Shown one piece after another: positions 46,617 through 53,828 of a DNA stretch of 53,828 nt; the stretch's first letter is position 1; the number at the start of each line of letters is the position of its first letter. The notes under the pieces were generated by a model. That model was not told the DNA's origin. It saw only the letters and a list, made by a program, of their open reading frames with translations, and made no database searches. The DNA comes from a virus. Its lineage: Duplodnaviria > Caudoviricetes. The position numbers and the translations under genes were made by a program. The stretch is from IMG/VR virus record IMGVR_UViG_3300042332_000520, positions 1-53,828 of that record. One strand, given 5' to 3'.

Positions 46617-46648
46617 GAAAAACCACCAAGGATTTCTCCAAGGTGGTC
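46617..46648 (-). terminator. intrinsic terminator ending the early unit
   Basis: ACCACC...GGTGGT stem with U tract on the minus strand. Confidence 0.7.
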
Positions 46649-46667
46649 TAGGGGTTTTTAGTTCAGT

Positions 46668-47090
46668 TTAATTCTTGAATTGATAGGGTTTATTCCAACG
46701 ACCAAGACGCATACTAACATAATAAGCGCAATGGAAATAATCAGTCATGAGATCAGATTTATCCCAATGATCAACCATCATGATAGCCTTGGCTTTCTCC
46801 AGATACTCCAGAGCTTTACCTTCAAAAGAGCTGTCAAGAAAATAGTGATTGATATTGATATTGCCAGTTTCTTTTGCATAGCTGATTACAGCCTCAATAT
46901 CACGCAATGAACGCTTAGTTGTAATGGTATTAGCAAAGCTTTGAATGAAGTCAATACTGCCTTCTGAAACGGTCAAGCACAGTTGACTACCACCTTTACC
47001 TGACAATGTAGCCTTAACACCGTACTCTTTGTTCAAAGCCTTCAAAGCAATACGAGCTTTGTTGATGGTTTCTTCGGTAACGTAAGCCAT
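46668..47090 (-). CDS. hypothetical early protein
   Basis: MAYV...KYGVK.TL...D.SD.MTDYFH..YY.....G.WNKPY pattern seen in phage early proteins. Confidence 0.75.
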   Translation of the reverse strand: MAYVTEETINKARIALKALNKEYGVKATLSGKGGSQLCLTVSEGSIDFIQSFANTITTKRSLRDIEAVISYAKETGNININHYFLDSSFEGKALEYLEKAKAIMMVDHWDKSDLMTDYFHCAYYVSMRLGRWNKPYQFKN

Positions 47091-47153
47091 GATGATTTCC
47101 TTGATGAACAATCCTGATAAGGGTTGTGATTTTGTTTGGTTGGTATGCCTAGA

Positions 47154-47384
47154 TTATAGCACAACTTTGCCAGTTTTATCAACAACGCACAATTTTCTTA
47201 CGTTGCTACCTTTTTGTTTCCACAGCTCATACATTGCACGACTGATGGCATGACCTAAGATACTGATGCGAGTTTCACGGGTAGGATGTGTAACCATAAC
47301 TAGGTCTAATTCGATTCTTTTAAAACGAGCAATTTTGATTGCTTGATCAAGTTGAATCTCATACTGAAGGCGAAGATTGTGCAT
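47154..47384 (-). CDS. hypothetical early protein
   Basis: AAGGAAA RBS behind a repeated promoter element. Confidence 0.65.
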   Translation of the reverse strand: MHNLRLQYEIQLDQAIKIARFKRIELDLVMVTHPTRETRISILGHAISRAMYELWKQKGSNVRKLCVVDKTGKVVL

Positions 47385-47582
47385 AAATTTCCTTGGTTGG
47401 TATGCCTAGATTATATCACAATTCTCCACCAGCCATATAAGCCAATGTAAAATCTTCAATTTCTTCCTTTGTTGCCCATTTAAGACTCATTATATGCTCT
47501 TCTGACAATACCATCAGAAAGTGCTCCATTCTGTGTTTAGCACAACTAAGAAAGAACGGGTTGTGCATTTTACTATACAAGT

Positions 47583-47831
47583 TCATACGCTTACCATCAT
47601 CTGAGCTTCTGTTACAAACTTTTCATCAACAAGGAAATGGTCCCCAATCTCTCGCAGTTCATCATTCACATAAGTAGGAGAATCACTCAGGATGCTGTGC
47701 TGGATAGCTCCACCGTACTTTACACGAGTCTCCATGACCGTACCAGTGACCCATGCTTGATCAAGATACTTGGCAATGACCCATTGACCTTTACGATCAA
47801 AATTAGAACCTGCATTGAATTTGCATTTCAT
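47583..47831 (-). CDS. hypothetical early protein
   Basis: GGAG RBS; G.V.ETRVKYGG..QH motif. Confidence 0.7.
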   Translation of the reverse strand: MKCKFNAGSNFDRKGQWVIAKYLDQAWVTGTVMETRVKYGGAIQHSILSDSPTYVNDELREIGDHFLVDEKFVTEAQMMVSV

Positions 47832-47863
47832 TGTATACTCCAGTTGTTGAAGCCTAGATTATA

Positions 47864-48037
47864 TCACAAGTTTTGAGGTGCTAGTGGAGTATCACCTGTT
47901 CTATCGCAATATTTTATGCAGTCTTCTTTTGTATTAAAACGCATGACGGATAGATGACCTTTTGGATTATAAGCTGTCCATTTTGTCGCATGATATAGTA
48001 CAGGTAATCCTGCTTTTTGTTGATGCCAATTATTCAT
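47864..48037 (-). CDS. hypothetical early protein
   Basis: MNNWHQQKAG start after AGGTGGTG. Confidence 0.55.
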   Translation of the reverse strand: MNNWHQQKAGLPVLYHATKWTAYNPKGHLSVMRFNTKEDCIKYCDRTGDTPLAPQNL

Positions 48038-48239
48038 ATCACACCACCTGATTAAAACATTGCAAGGAATCAAAATCTGAACCATGATCAACATTTAGAT
48101 CACGATATACCCATGAATAGTACACTGTATCACGAGTTTGTTCATCATCATACGAACAGATATCGATTACGATACCATATTGCAAATAGATTAGATAGTA
48201 TTTCATGTTAGTCTTTCAGTTGTTGAAGCCTGTATTGTA

Positions 48240-48431
48240 TCACAATTGATCGTTGATTTCGTAAGGGCTAATGCAATCACCATAAATATCTAGCAAGATT
48301 TTATTTTTGGTTTGAACTTGCATTCGTTGATCATACACCCCATGAAGATCAGAACATTCACCACAAGTCCAAACAATACTTGCATTGTACTTTTCCAATA
48401 GTGCTTTCAATTCATTTGCAAAATCGTTCAT
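48240..48431 (-). CDS. hypothetical early protein
   Basis: GGAG RBS behind a repeated promoter. Confidence 0.65.
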   Translation of the reverse strand: MNDFANELKALLEKYNASIVWTCGECSDLHGVYDQRMQVQTKNKILLDIYGDCISPYEINDQL

Positions 48432-48470
48432 TGTATTCTCCGTTGTTGAAGGCTAGATTGTAGCAGCTTT

Positions 48471-48653
48471 TTAAGCCATTACAGCTTTTCTTTTATTTAT
48501 TTCACGAGTGATGCAATTTTTAGCAGACTGCACTGATTTGCGTACCTTCATTTTGCTGTCTTGGTCTACGGTTTCAACTCTGGTTGTAACGGCTTTAGTA
48601 CCAAGCTGCACAATAAAAGAACCACGATAGGTTTGAACTTTTTGAATTTTCAT
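48471..48653 (-). CDS. hypothetical basic early protein
   Basis: MKIQKVQ start after AGGAG. Confidence 0.65.
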   Translation of the reverse strand: MKIQKVQTYRGSFIVQLGTKAVTTRVETVDQDSKMKVRKSVQSAKNCITREINKRKAVMA

Positions 48654-48675
48654 GTTAACTCCTGTTTGTTGAAGA

Positions 48676-48972
48676 TTAGATTGTACTGCACTTTTCATAC
48701 GCTTCTTCCCATTCTTGCATAAATTTATTGTCGTAGTAATCCACAACTGTTTCATCATCTGCAAGACCGAAAGCTGAAACCTTTACCCAAGTGATAAGAT
48801 CATCCAAGTCTGCACTGCGGATTTTTAATTCAGCTTCTTCAACGGATTCAATAGCATCTACAATTCTCTGATACTTACCTGAGTGAGTAACTTGCCACTC
48901 TTCACCATCCCATACACTGCAAACATAACCTTGAGCAAGTGCAAATTTAACCAAATGCTTGTAAGCTTTCAT
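48676..48972 (-). CDS. hypothetical early protein
   Basis: AAGGAG RBS; SVWDGEEW motif. Confidence 0.7.
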   Translation of the reverse strand: MKAYKHLVKFALAQGYVCSVWDGEEWQVTHSGKYQRIVDAIESVEEAELKIRSADLDDLITWVKVSAFGLADDETVVDYYDNKFMQEWEEAYEKCSTI

Positions 48973-48981
48973 GCTAACTCC

Positions 48982-49155
48982 TTATGCGTAAACTTCTTCT
49001 GTTTCAATGTCGTATTCTACATCAGAACCATTGGCTTTCTTCTGTTCAATGTATTTAAGTGCAGCTTCTTTTGTAGCAAACACTCGCTCATTGTACCATA
49101 CCGAATGCTCATTGCCACTGTAGGAATTCTCAGCCATTACTATAAAAACTTGCAC
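48982..49155 (-). CDS. hypothetical early protein (not in ORF track)
   Basis: GTG start after GGAG: (M)QVFIVMAENSYSGNEHSVWYNERVFATKEAALKY...EEVYA. Confidence 0.55.
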   Translation of the reverse strand: MQVFIVMAENSYSGNEHSVWYNERVFATKEAALKYIEQKKANGSDVEYDIETEEVYA

Positions 49156-49290
49156 TTTGCTCTCCAGTTGTTGAAGCCTCTATTGTATCACAACTTTTTA
49201 GACCTTTTACCAATCCTATAGCCAATGTAACCAGAAATTCCAATTACACCGACTAGACCGATTGCAAAAATTAATTGCAATAAGAACATA

Positions 49291-50316
49291 TCAATCCCAA
49301 CTTGAGCTAGAACTAGAGTCAGAGCTAGAACTTGAATCCGACCAGCTACTAGAGCTATCAGAGCTACTAGAAGACCAGCTAGACGAGGATTTAGAGCTAG
49401 AGCTACTGTCGTCATCCCAAGAGCTAGAACGGCTTGGTTTATCGTCCCATGATGTATCTACTTTAGGTTCTGGAGCTTCCCAACTAGAGCTAGGGGCTGG
49501 AACTTCTCGCACTGTTTCTCGAACTACTTCACGAGTACTATGGTCAGGTTTATTGCTCAAAATACTGTGCATAGCAGCGCCAGCAATCATACCAGTCAAC
49601 ATGTCACTTGTACTGTTCGATGTATTATTAATAACAGTTGTCGGTGCAGGACTATGAACTACAGGTGCAGTATAGGTTGCTACAGGGACTTCTGGCACCG
49701 GATAATTTGATGCAGATTGCACTCGTGTACTGCTTTTAATAGGAGCTACACTGGCAGCAATAGTGGGTTTAACAGGATTATCTACCTTAATAGTTGTTGG
49801 CTTAGTTGCCTGAGCTTCTACTCTGCGCTTTTGAGCTTCTTGATATTTAGTAATAGCCTCTTGTTCTAGAATTTTTTGGCGTTTAACTTTCTTCTGGTGG
49901 CTATCATAAAGCACATAGCCGACATAACTAGTCAAAGCTATAATCAAAAGAATAGCTAGATTACGTCCAAAATGACTTTCTTCAATTACTTCAATTTTAG
50001 CTACCTGAGGATGAATCGCTTGCTTTAAATTCTCTACAGAAGATTGTGGTGCAAAATCCAAAGTAGGATTAAGACCCATAGCCTTATCAAGAGCATGTTG
50101 AGCCTTGGTTAGATTACCCAGACCAGCCTGAGCTTGAGCCATAGCATAGAAAGCCTTGGCTGATTTTGGATGGTTAGCAATAATCTCTTCCAAACCTTTT
50201 TCAGCTGCTCGGTACTCTTGGCTTGCAATTAGTGTTTGAACTTGATTAAAAGACGGTTCAGCATTTGCAAACAAAGCAAAGAAACTGAACATAATTGCAA
50301 TGATAATATTCTTCAT
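49291..50316 (-). CDS. membrane-anchored TPR protein with Ser/Asp-rich tail
   Basis: Signal peptide, TPR helices (HPKSAKAFY...A..LNP.L.FA), a TM segment and an SSSWD-repeat C-terminus. Confidence 0.75.
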   Translation of the reverse strand: MKNIIIAIMFSFFALFANAEPSFNQVQTLIASQEYRAAEKGLEEIIANHPKSAKAFYAMAQAQAGLGNLTKAQHALDKAMGLNPTLDFAPQSSVENLKQAIHPQVAKIEVIEESHFGRNLAILLIIALTSYVGYVLYDSHQKKVKRQKILEQEAITKYQEAQKRRVEAQATKPTTIKVDNPVKPTIAASVAPIKSSTRVQSASNYPVPEVPVATYTAPVVHSPAPTTVINNTSNSTSDMLTGMIAGAAMHSILSNKPDHSTREVVRETVREVPAPSSSWEAPEPKVDTSWDDKPSRSSSWDDDSSSSSKSSSSWSSSSSDSSSSWSDSSSSSDSSSSSSWD

Positions 50317-50323
50317 ATTTTCC

Positions 50324-50530
50324 TTAATTGAATTTGTTTAGATTAAACATGCAGTTAGCATAAGCTTGCCACAGTTCTGTTTGTCGTTCTTGATCAGAGA
50401 TACAGATACCAGAGATACTTGAGGTATAAGCATCTGTTCTGCGTTTAATCTCTTGAAGAACAGCAACCAATTCTTCTTTTTGCATACCATAGAAGAATTG
50501 ATTATCGGCTGAGTTGTAAGTAATATTCAT
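50324..50530 (-). CDS. hypothetical protein
   Basis: ORF overlapping its neighbour by ATGA. Confidence 0.6.
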   Translation of the reverse strand: MNITYNSADNQFFYGMQKEELVAVLQEIKRRTDAYTSSISGICISDQERQTELWQAYANCMFNLNKFN

Positions 50531-50739
50531 TGCCCAATTTTATGTGCTAGGTTTTCCCAATAGCTGTGGCCTTGAATAGTATCTCCCCAATAGACAACAG
50601 CCCACAAACTACCATCAGGTTCAAAATCCACTTTATTTCGCATATCAGTCTGCATATATACTGCAGCTTCAATATCGTGCATAGCTACTTTATTGATCAA
50701 CTCAAGATATGCTAGTTCATCTTCTGCTTTAAATTTCAT
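50527..50739 (-). CDS. hypothetical protein
   Basis: W..T.QG..YW motif; AAGGAG RBS. Confidence 0.65.
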   Translation of the reverse strand: MKFKAEDELAYLELINKVAMHDIEAAVYMQTDMRNKVDFEPDGSLWAVVYWGDTIQGHSYWENLAHKIGQ

Positions 50740-51224
50740 GATTTCTCCTTTTCATATTGAACAAGTGTTACGGAGCCTCCATTGTACTCCACAATGTGAG
50801 CGAAAAACTCCAGTTTTTGTAAAATTGTTTCTGAATCTCCACCAGCTAGGCCCATACCAATGTAAGGGAAGCCAATGTTACAACCTTTGTATACAGCTGC
50901 AAGCATCAGTAGAATTTTACTAAAAGCCTCGTAATTAAAGTGGTCTTTAGCTGGTTGACCTTTACGGTTGTAATCGTATTGGGTATAAGCATTGATGATA
51001 TTGAACTGCTTACCAACCATTACAGAGTAAGAACCAAGCTTTGTTTTATCGCCTTTGATTGTTTGGCAATCCACTGCATAGGCTTCTGGATACTCTTCTT
51101 TGATTTGTTTGGCAATACCACTACCCATAGTACAAAAGCAATTGCAGCCTTGCACAATAACGTGGAAATGTCCCTTACGAGCCAGATCAAGCAAATCCCC
51201 TTTTGCGTGTTTAAGTTTCTGCAT
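50736..51224 (-). CDS. macrodomain (ADP-ribose-processing) protein
   Basis: KGDLL...IVQGCNCF.TMGSGIA...NAYTQ...FPYIG.GLAGGD. Confidence 0.85.
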   Translation of the reverse strand: MQKLKHAKGDLLDLARKGHFHVIVQGCNCFCTMGSGIAKQIKEEYPEAYAVDCQTIKGDKTKLGSYSVMVGKQFNIINAYTQYDYNRKGQPAKDHFNYEAFSKILLMLAAVYKGCNIGFPYIGMGLAGGDSETILQKLEFFAHIVEYNGGSVTLVQYEKEKS

Positions 51225-51444
51225 CTTCTTCTCCATATGAACTGTAGTTTTTCCAGTATTTTTTCAATAGACCATCGTAATTATCTTCTGCAGCATCGTG
51301 ATTGTAAAGATGCTTTGAAGAAAAGAAACGACCATAACCAAAATAGCAAGATTTACAGCAGTTGTTTGCAAATAAATTCTCACCACCTTGGTTATATCTT
51401 GGTAAATACTTCAGTTTTTGTTTACGTTGTTTCCTGATATTCAT
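51211..51444 (-). CDS. hypothetical protein
   Basis: 77 aa ORF coupled to its neighbours. Confidence 0.55.
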   Translation of the reverse strand: MNIRKQRKQKLKYLPRYNQGGENLFANNCCKSCYFGYGRFFSSKHLYNHDAAEDNYDGLLKKYWKNYSSYGEEDAET

Positions 51445-51593
51445 GCTTCGTCATAAGCTTTGCCTAGACCAATACTAATATACCAGAATAGAATATTAAT
51501 ACTGATAGTGTGTTTAAATGGAAACTTAGTATAGAAAATACCAAGACCAAAACCATTAGAATTACCAAATGTAAAACGATCACCTGAACCCAT
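51441..51593 (-). CDS. small hydrophobic hypothetical protein
   Basis: MGSGDRF start after AGGAGG. Confidence 0.6.
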   Translation of the reverse strand: MGSGDRFTFGNSNGFGLGIFYTKFPFKHTISINILFWYISIGLGKAYDEA

Positions 51594-51715
51594 ATTAATC
51601 CTCCTTATGTTGATTTTTTGCTTCACGTTTACGATCTTTGTGCTTCTGTACAGACTTTCGCATAACAATAGCCACAAGATGATTGCGCTGTTTAAGCTTG
51701 AGTTTCTTTAACTTT

Positions 51716-51955
51716 TTAGACAAGATAATCTCGCATTGCTCTATGAATACAAGTGAGAAGATGCTGGCAGTGATTATACACAGAATCACGTTCGTTTGTA
51801 TCTGCAGAACGATCTGTAATCATTTTAGGAATACTTTCATTATATCCTACAATATCTAAGAGCATCATAAAATCTTCTTTGTTATCAAAATTCAAAACCA
51901 CTTGTACTGGTTTAAAAGCTGGAACTTGAAATGTTTCTTTAATTTCTACTTTCAT
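51716..51955 (-). CDS. hypothetical protein
   Basis: AAGGAAA RBS; FKPV.V.L.F motif. Confidence 0.65.
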   Translation of the reverse strand: MKVEIKETFQVPAFKPVQVVLNFDNKEDFMMLLDIVGYNESIPKMITDRSADTNERDSVYNHCQHLLTCIHRAMRDYLV

Positions 51956-51970
51956 ATTTTCCTTTCAGTG

Positions 51971-52291
51971 TTAAACGCCTTGTTCTTCTGCCATTGTAGC
52001 AGCAAATTTAAGCCATGCATAACGAGCTTGTTGATTTTCTTCATCGAACCTACCTTCATCTCCAAAAGCATTTATTGAAGAGACAGGACAACCCATGTTT
52101 TTTAAACCAGTTTGAATTCGTGCAATATCTTTATCAAAATCCTCATATCCATGCAATTTAAAATACGCTTCCTCTACTGCACAGCAAGAGTATTTTTCTT
52201 TTCGACCACCATTAGACCAATATTCATAACGTTCAGCAGCAAGGCAATTATCTGCAGCATAATGCAAAATTTCAGCGATAGTAATAGACAT
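51971..52291 (-). CDS. hypothetical protein
   Basis: YSCCAV...QQARYAWL.FAA..A motif. Confidence 0.7.
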   Translation of the reverse strand: MSITIAEILHYAADNCLAAERYEYWSNGGRKEKYSCCAVEEAYFKLHGYEDFDKDIARIQTGLKNMGCPVSSINAFGDEGRFDEENQQARYAWLKFAATMAEEQGV

Positions 52292-52292
52292 A

Positions 52293-52613
52293 TCAATCTC
52301 CAAGCTGTTTGTAGTATTTAATCAAATCATCCATGAAATTCAAACGAGTTTGCTGCATTTTCTTAGGGTCATTTAGAATATCATTCTGAGTTGCATGGCC
52401 TTTTGCAATAAGCCAATCTGAAAGAGAAAAGTTATGACCAATTAGTTCAGCAATTTTATTCTTAATTTGACGACCTTTGCCGTACAATTCATGTTCATTG
52501 CAGACTTCTCCAATTTGATCACAAATATAAGGAGAGATAGCATTATCATGCCGACCAGTAAAAGTCATAGGCATTTTCTCTTTTGCCAATTCAATAATTT
52601 TTGAGCTTTTCAT
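52293..52613 (-). CDS. hypothetical protein
   Basis: PYICD.I...WL...QQTRL..MD.LI..Y motif; AGGAG RBS. Confidence 0.7.
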   Translation of the reverse strand: MKSSKIIELAKEKMPMTFTGRHDNAISPYICDQIGEVCNEHELYGKGRQIKNKIAELIGHNFSLSDWLIAKGHATQNDILNDPKKMQQTRLNFMDDLIKYYKQLGD

Positions 52614-52623
52614 ATTTATCTCC

Positions 52624-52965
52624 TTATTTCCAGAATTTATACCAAGGTTTTTTAACCGTAGATGGAATATCAATTGTATCTTTCAAATACTCTGCAAGGA
52701 AAAGGCACATGTATGCTCGTTCTTCCCATTCTTCGTAGGTATTTGTATACTTTCCTAGAAATTCATCGGTATCTTGGAAGATTTCACGCAGAAGTTTTCC
52801 CATTTTATCGTAATATCTTTCATCATTTGCTTGCTGAGAGATAGCATTGCAAATACCACAATGAGTATTTACACCTGTGTCATTGAAATATTTCTCAGCA
52901 CAGATCAAGAGTTGGTTATGCAAGTCAATGCGCTCTTCGAGAGTAAGTTTTTCAGTGTTCTGCAT
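52624..52965 (-). CDS. hypothetical protein
   Basis: GICNAI...R...CLFLAE; ends KKPWYKFWK. Confidence 0.7.
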   Translation of the reverse strand: MQNTEKLTLEERIDLHNQLLICAEKYFNDTGVNTHCGICNAISQQANDERYYDKMGKLLREIFQDTDEFLGKYTNTYEEWEERAYMCLFLAEYLKDTIDIPSTVKKPWYKFWK

Positions 52966-52977
52966 GTTTGTCTCCTT

Positions 52978-53241
52978 TTAAACAGCAACAGCTTCAATAC
53001 CTTGCATACGCAAAGCTACGATTGTATTGCGGTTGATGCTGCGATAGCCTTTATTTTGCACATCATAGATGTTGATATACTCATTGGTGTTTGTACTGAG
53101 CTTACCACCCTTGAGGTATTTCTTAACACCAAGGCGACCATTGAGAACTCGCAAGGAGCCATCTTGTTTGATAAAAGAGACAGTAACCATCTTACCGTTG
53201 GATTGTTCGATCATACTGGCGAAAATTTTAGAGCTTTGCAT
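52978..53241 (-). CDS. Sm/SH3-like beta-barrel protein (WYL_2-like)
   Basis: TVSFIKQDGSLR.LNGR...YDV...GYRSI motif. Confidence 0.6.
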   Translation of the reverse strand: MQSSKIFASMIEQSNGKMVTVSFIKQDGSLRVLNGRLGVKKYLKGGKLSTNTNEYINIYDVQNKGYRSINRNTIVALRMQGIEAVAV

Positions 53242-53289
53242 TTGAGTTCCTTTACGTTTGTTGAAGATTAGATTGTAGCACAGATTTGG

Positions 53290-53739
53290 TTAAATTCCGA
53301 AGTCACTATCAACTTTTTTGAAGACAGCCACAACTCGTTTGCCAGCTGGATTGTCGAAAGTATCGATGATCTTACCATTGACCACAGCAACTGCATGACC
53401 AGTAGTATTGACAATGTACTCACCCAAACCAAGAGTAGGCAAAAGCTTTGCCAATGTAGTACCTGCATTTGGGTATTGCTTGGTGATATTGGCTGTATAA
53501 CGAGCAGCACGAGTTGTACCATACACACCGTACAGAACAAATCCAGCTTCTTCGTAGGCAGGTTTCATCGTAGTGAAGAAAGCACCTTTGCAATCCTTAC
53601 GACCGTGTTTCTTGAGCAAAGCATGTGCTTTTTCATAAGGCATTTCAGTTGCATTAGCCAAGGCACGAACAGTGCAATCATTGCGTTCATTGCCAGAGGT
53701 AGAAGTTGCACCACGGTAAACAGCTTGAATCTTACGCAT
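53290..53739 (-). CDS. papain/C39-like cysteine peptidase-fold protein (putative)
   Basis: NDCTVRA (Cys), GHAVAV (His) and IIDTFD (Asp) triad-like arrangement. Confidence 0.55.
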   Translation of the reverse strand: MRKIQAVYRGATSTSGNERNDCTVRALANATEMPYEKAHALLKKHGRKDCKGAFFTTMKPAYEEAGFVLYGVYGTTRAARYTANITKQYPNAGTTLAKLLPTLGLGEYIVNTTGHAVAVVNGKIIDTFDNPAGKRVVAVFKKVDSDFGI

Positions 53740-53828
53740 CTTAAACTCCATTAGTGTTGTCGATGGAAGAATTATAGCAAACTTTTTGGAGTCATGCGTA
53801 TAACCCTTCAATCTAGTCAACTTTTATG

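Larger units (their letters stand above)
47137..53782 (-). promoter_or_regulatory. repeated early promoter/leader element (about 9 copies)
   Basis: Minus-strand TG(A/C)TA(T/C)AAT followed by a CTAGGCTTCAACAAC-like leader near 47137, 47393, 47843, 48219, 48442, 48665, 49167, 53257 and 53756. Confidence 0.75.

Noticed and set aside
1-53828. Prophage or mobile-element features
   Set aside because: No integrase, transposase, repressor cassette or flanking bacterial genes; content fits a lytic phage.

Overview
Window from a lytic, long-tailed (siphovirus-type) dsDNA phage with an AT-rich genome and a Gram-negative host (embedded Rz/Rz1 spanins). Weaker clues suggest a betaproteobacterium. Left to right: nucleotide metabolism on + (MazG-like NTP pyrophosphatase, dATP/dGTP diphosphohydrolase, nrdB, nrdA, thioredoxin). 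Then a ~34 kb minus-strand late region: a lysis module with an inserted three-gene exported-protein cassette; tail fibre, tape measure, tail chaperones and tube; head genes; an ~11 kb block of fibre-like genes between prohead protease and portal; portal and terminases. Next come 12 tRNAs (two atypical) with three hairpin-rich non-coding segments, a putative iteron origin beside a wHTH gene, phoH, a clpP-like gene and a GC-rich island with a Gp88-like gene. After that is a ~1.2 kb mostly non-coding array with DnaA boxes, a LexA box, a sigma54 site and ~14 copies of a phage-specific motif. The window ends in an early region of small genes behind a repeated promoter/leader element. The binding-site array is the most striking feature. 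The predicted +1 frameshift in the tail chaperone, the ordered fibre docking motifs and the candidate ncRNAs also merit follow-up. All family assignments are from motif recognition by eye; no searches were run.
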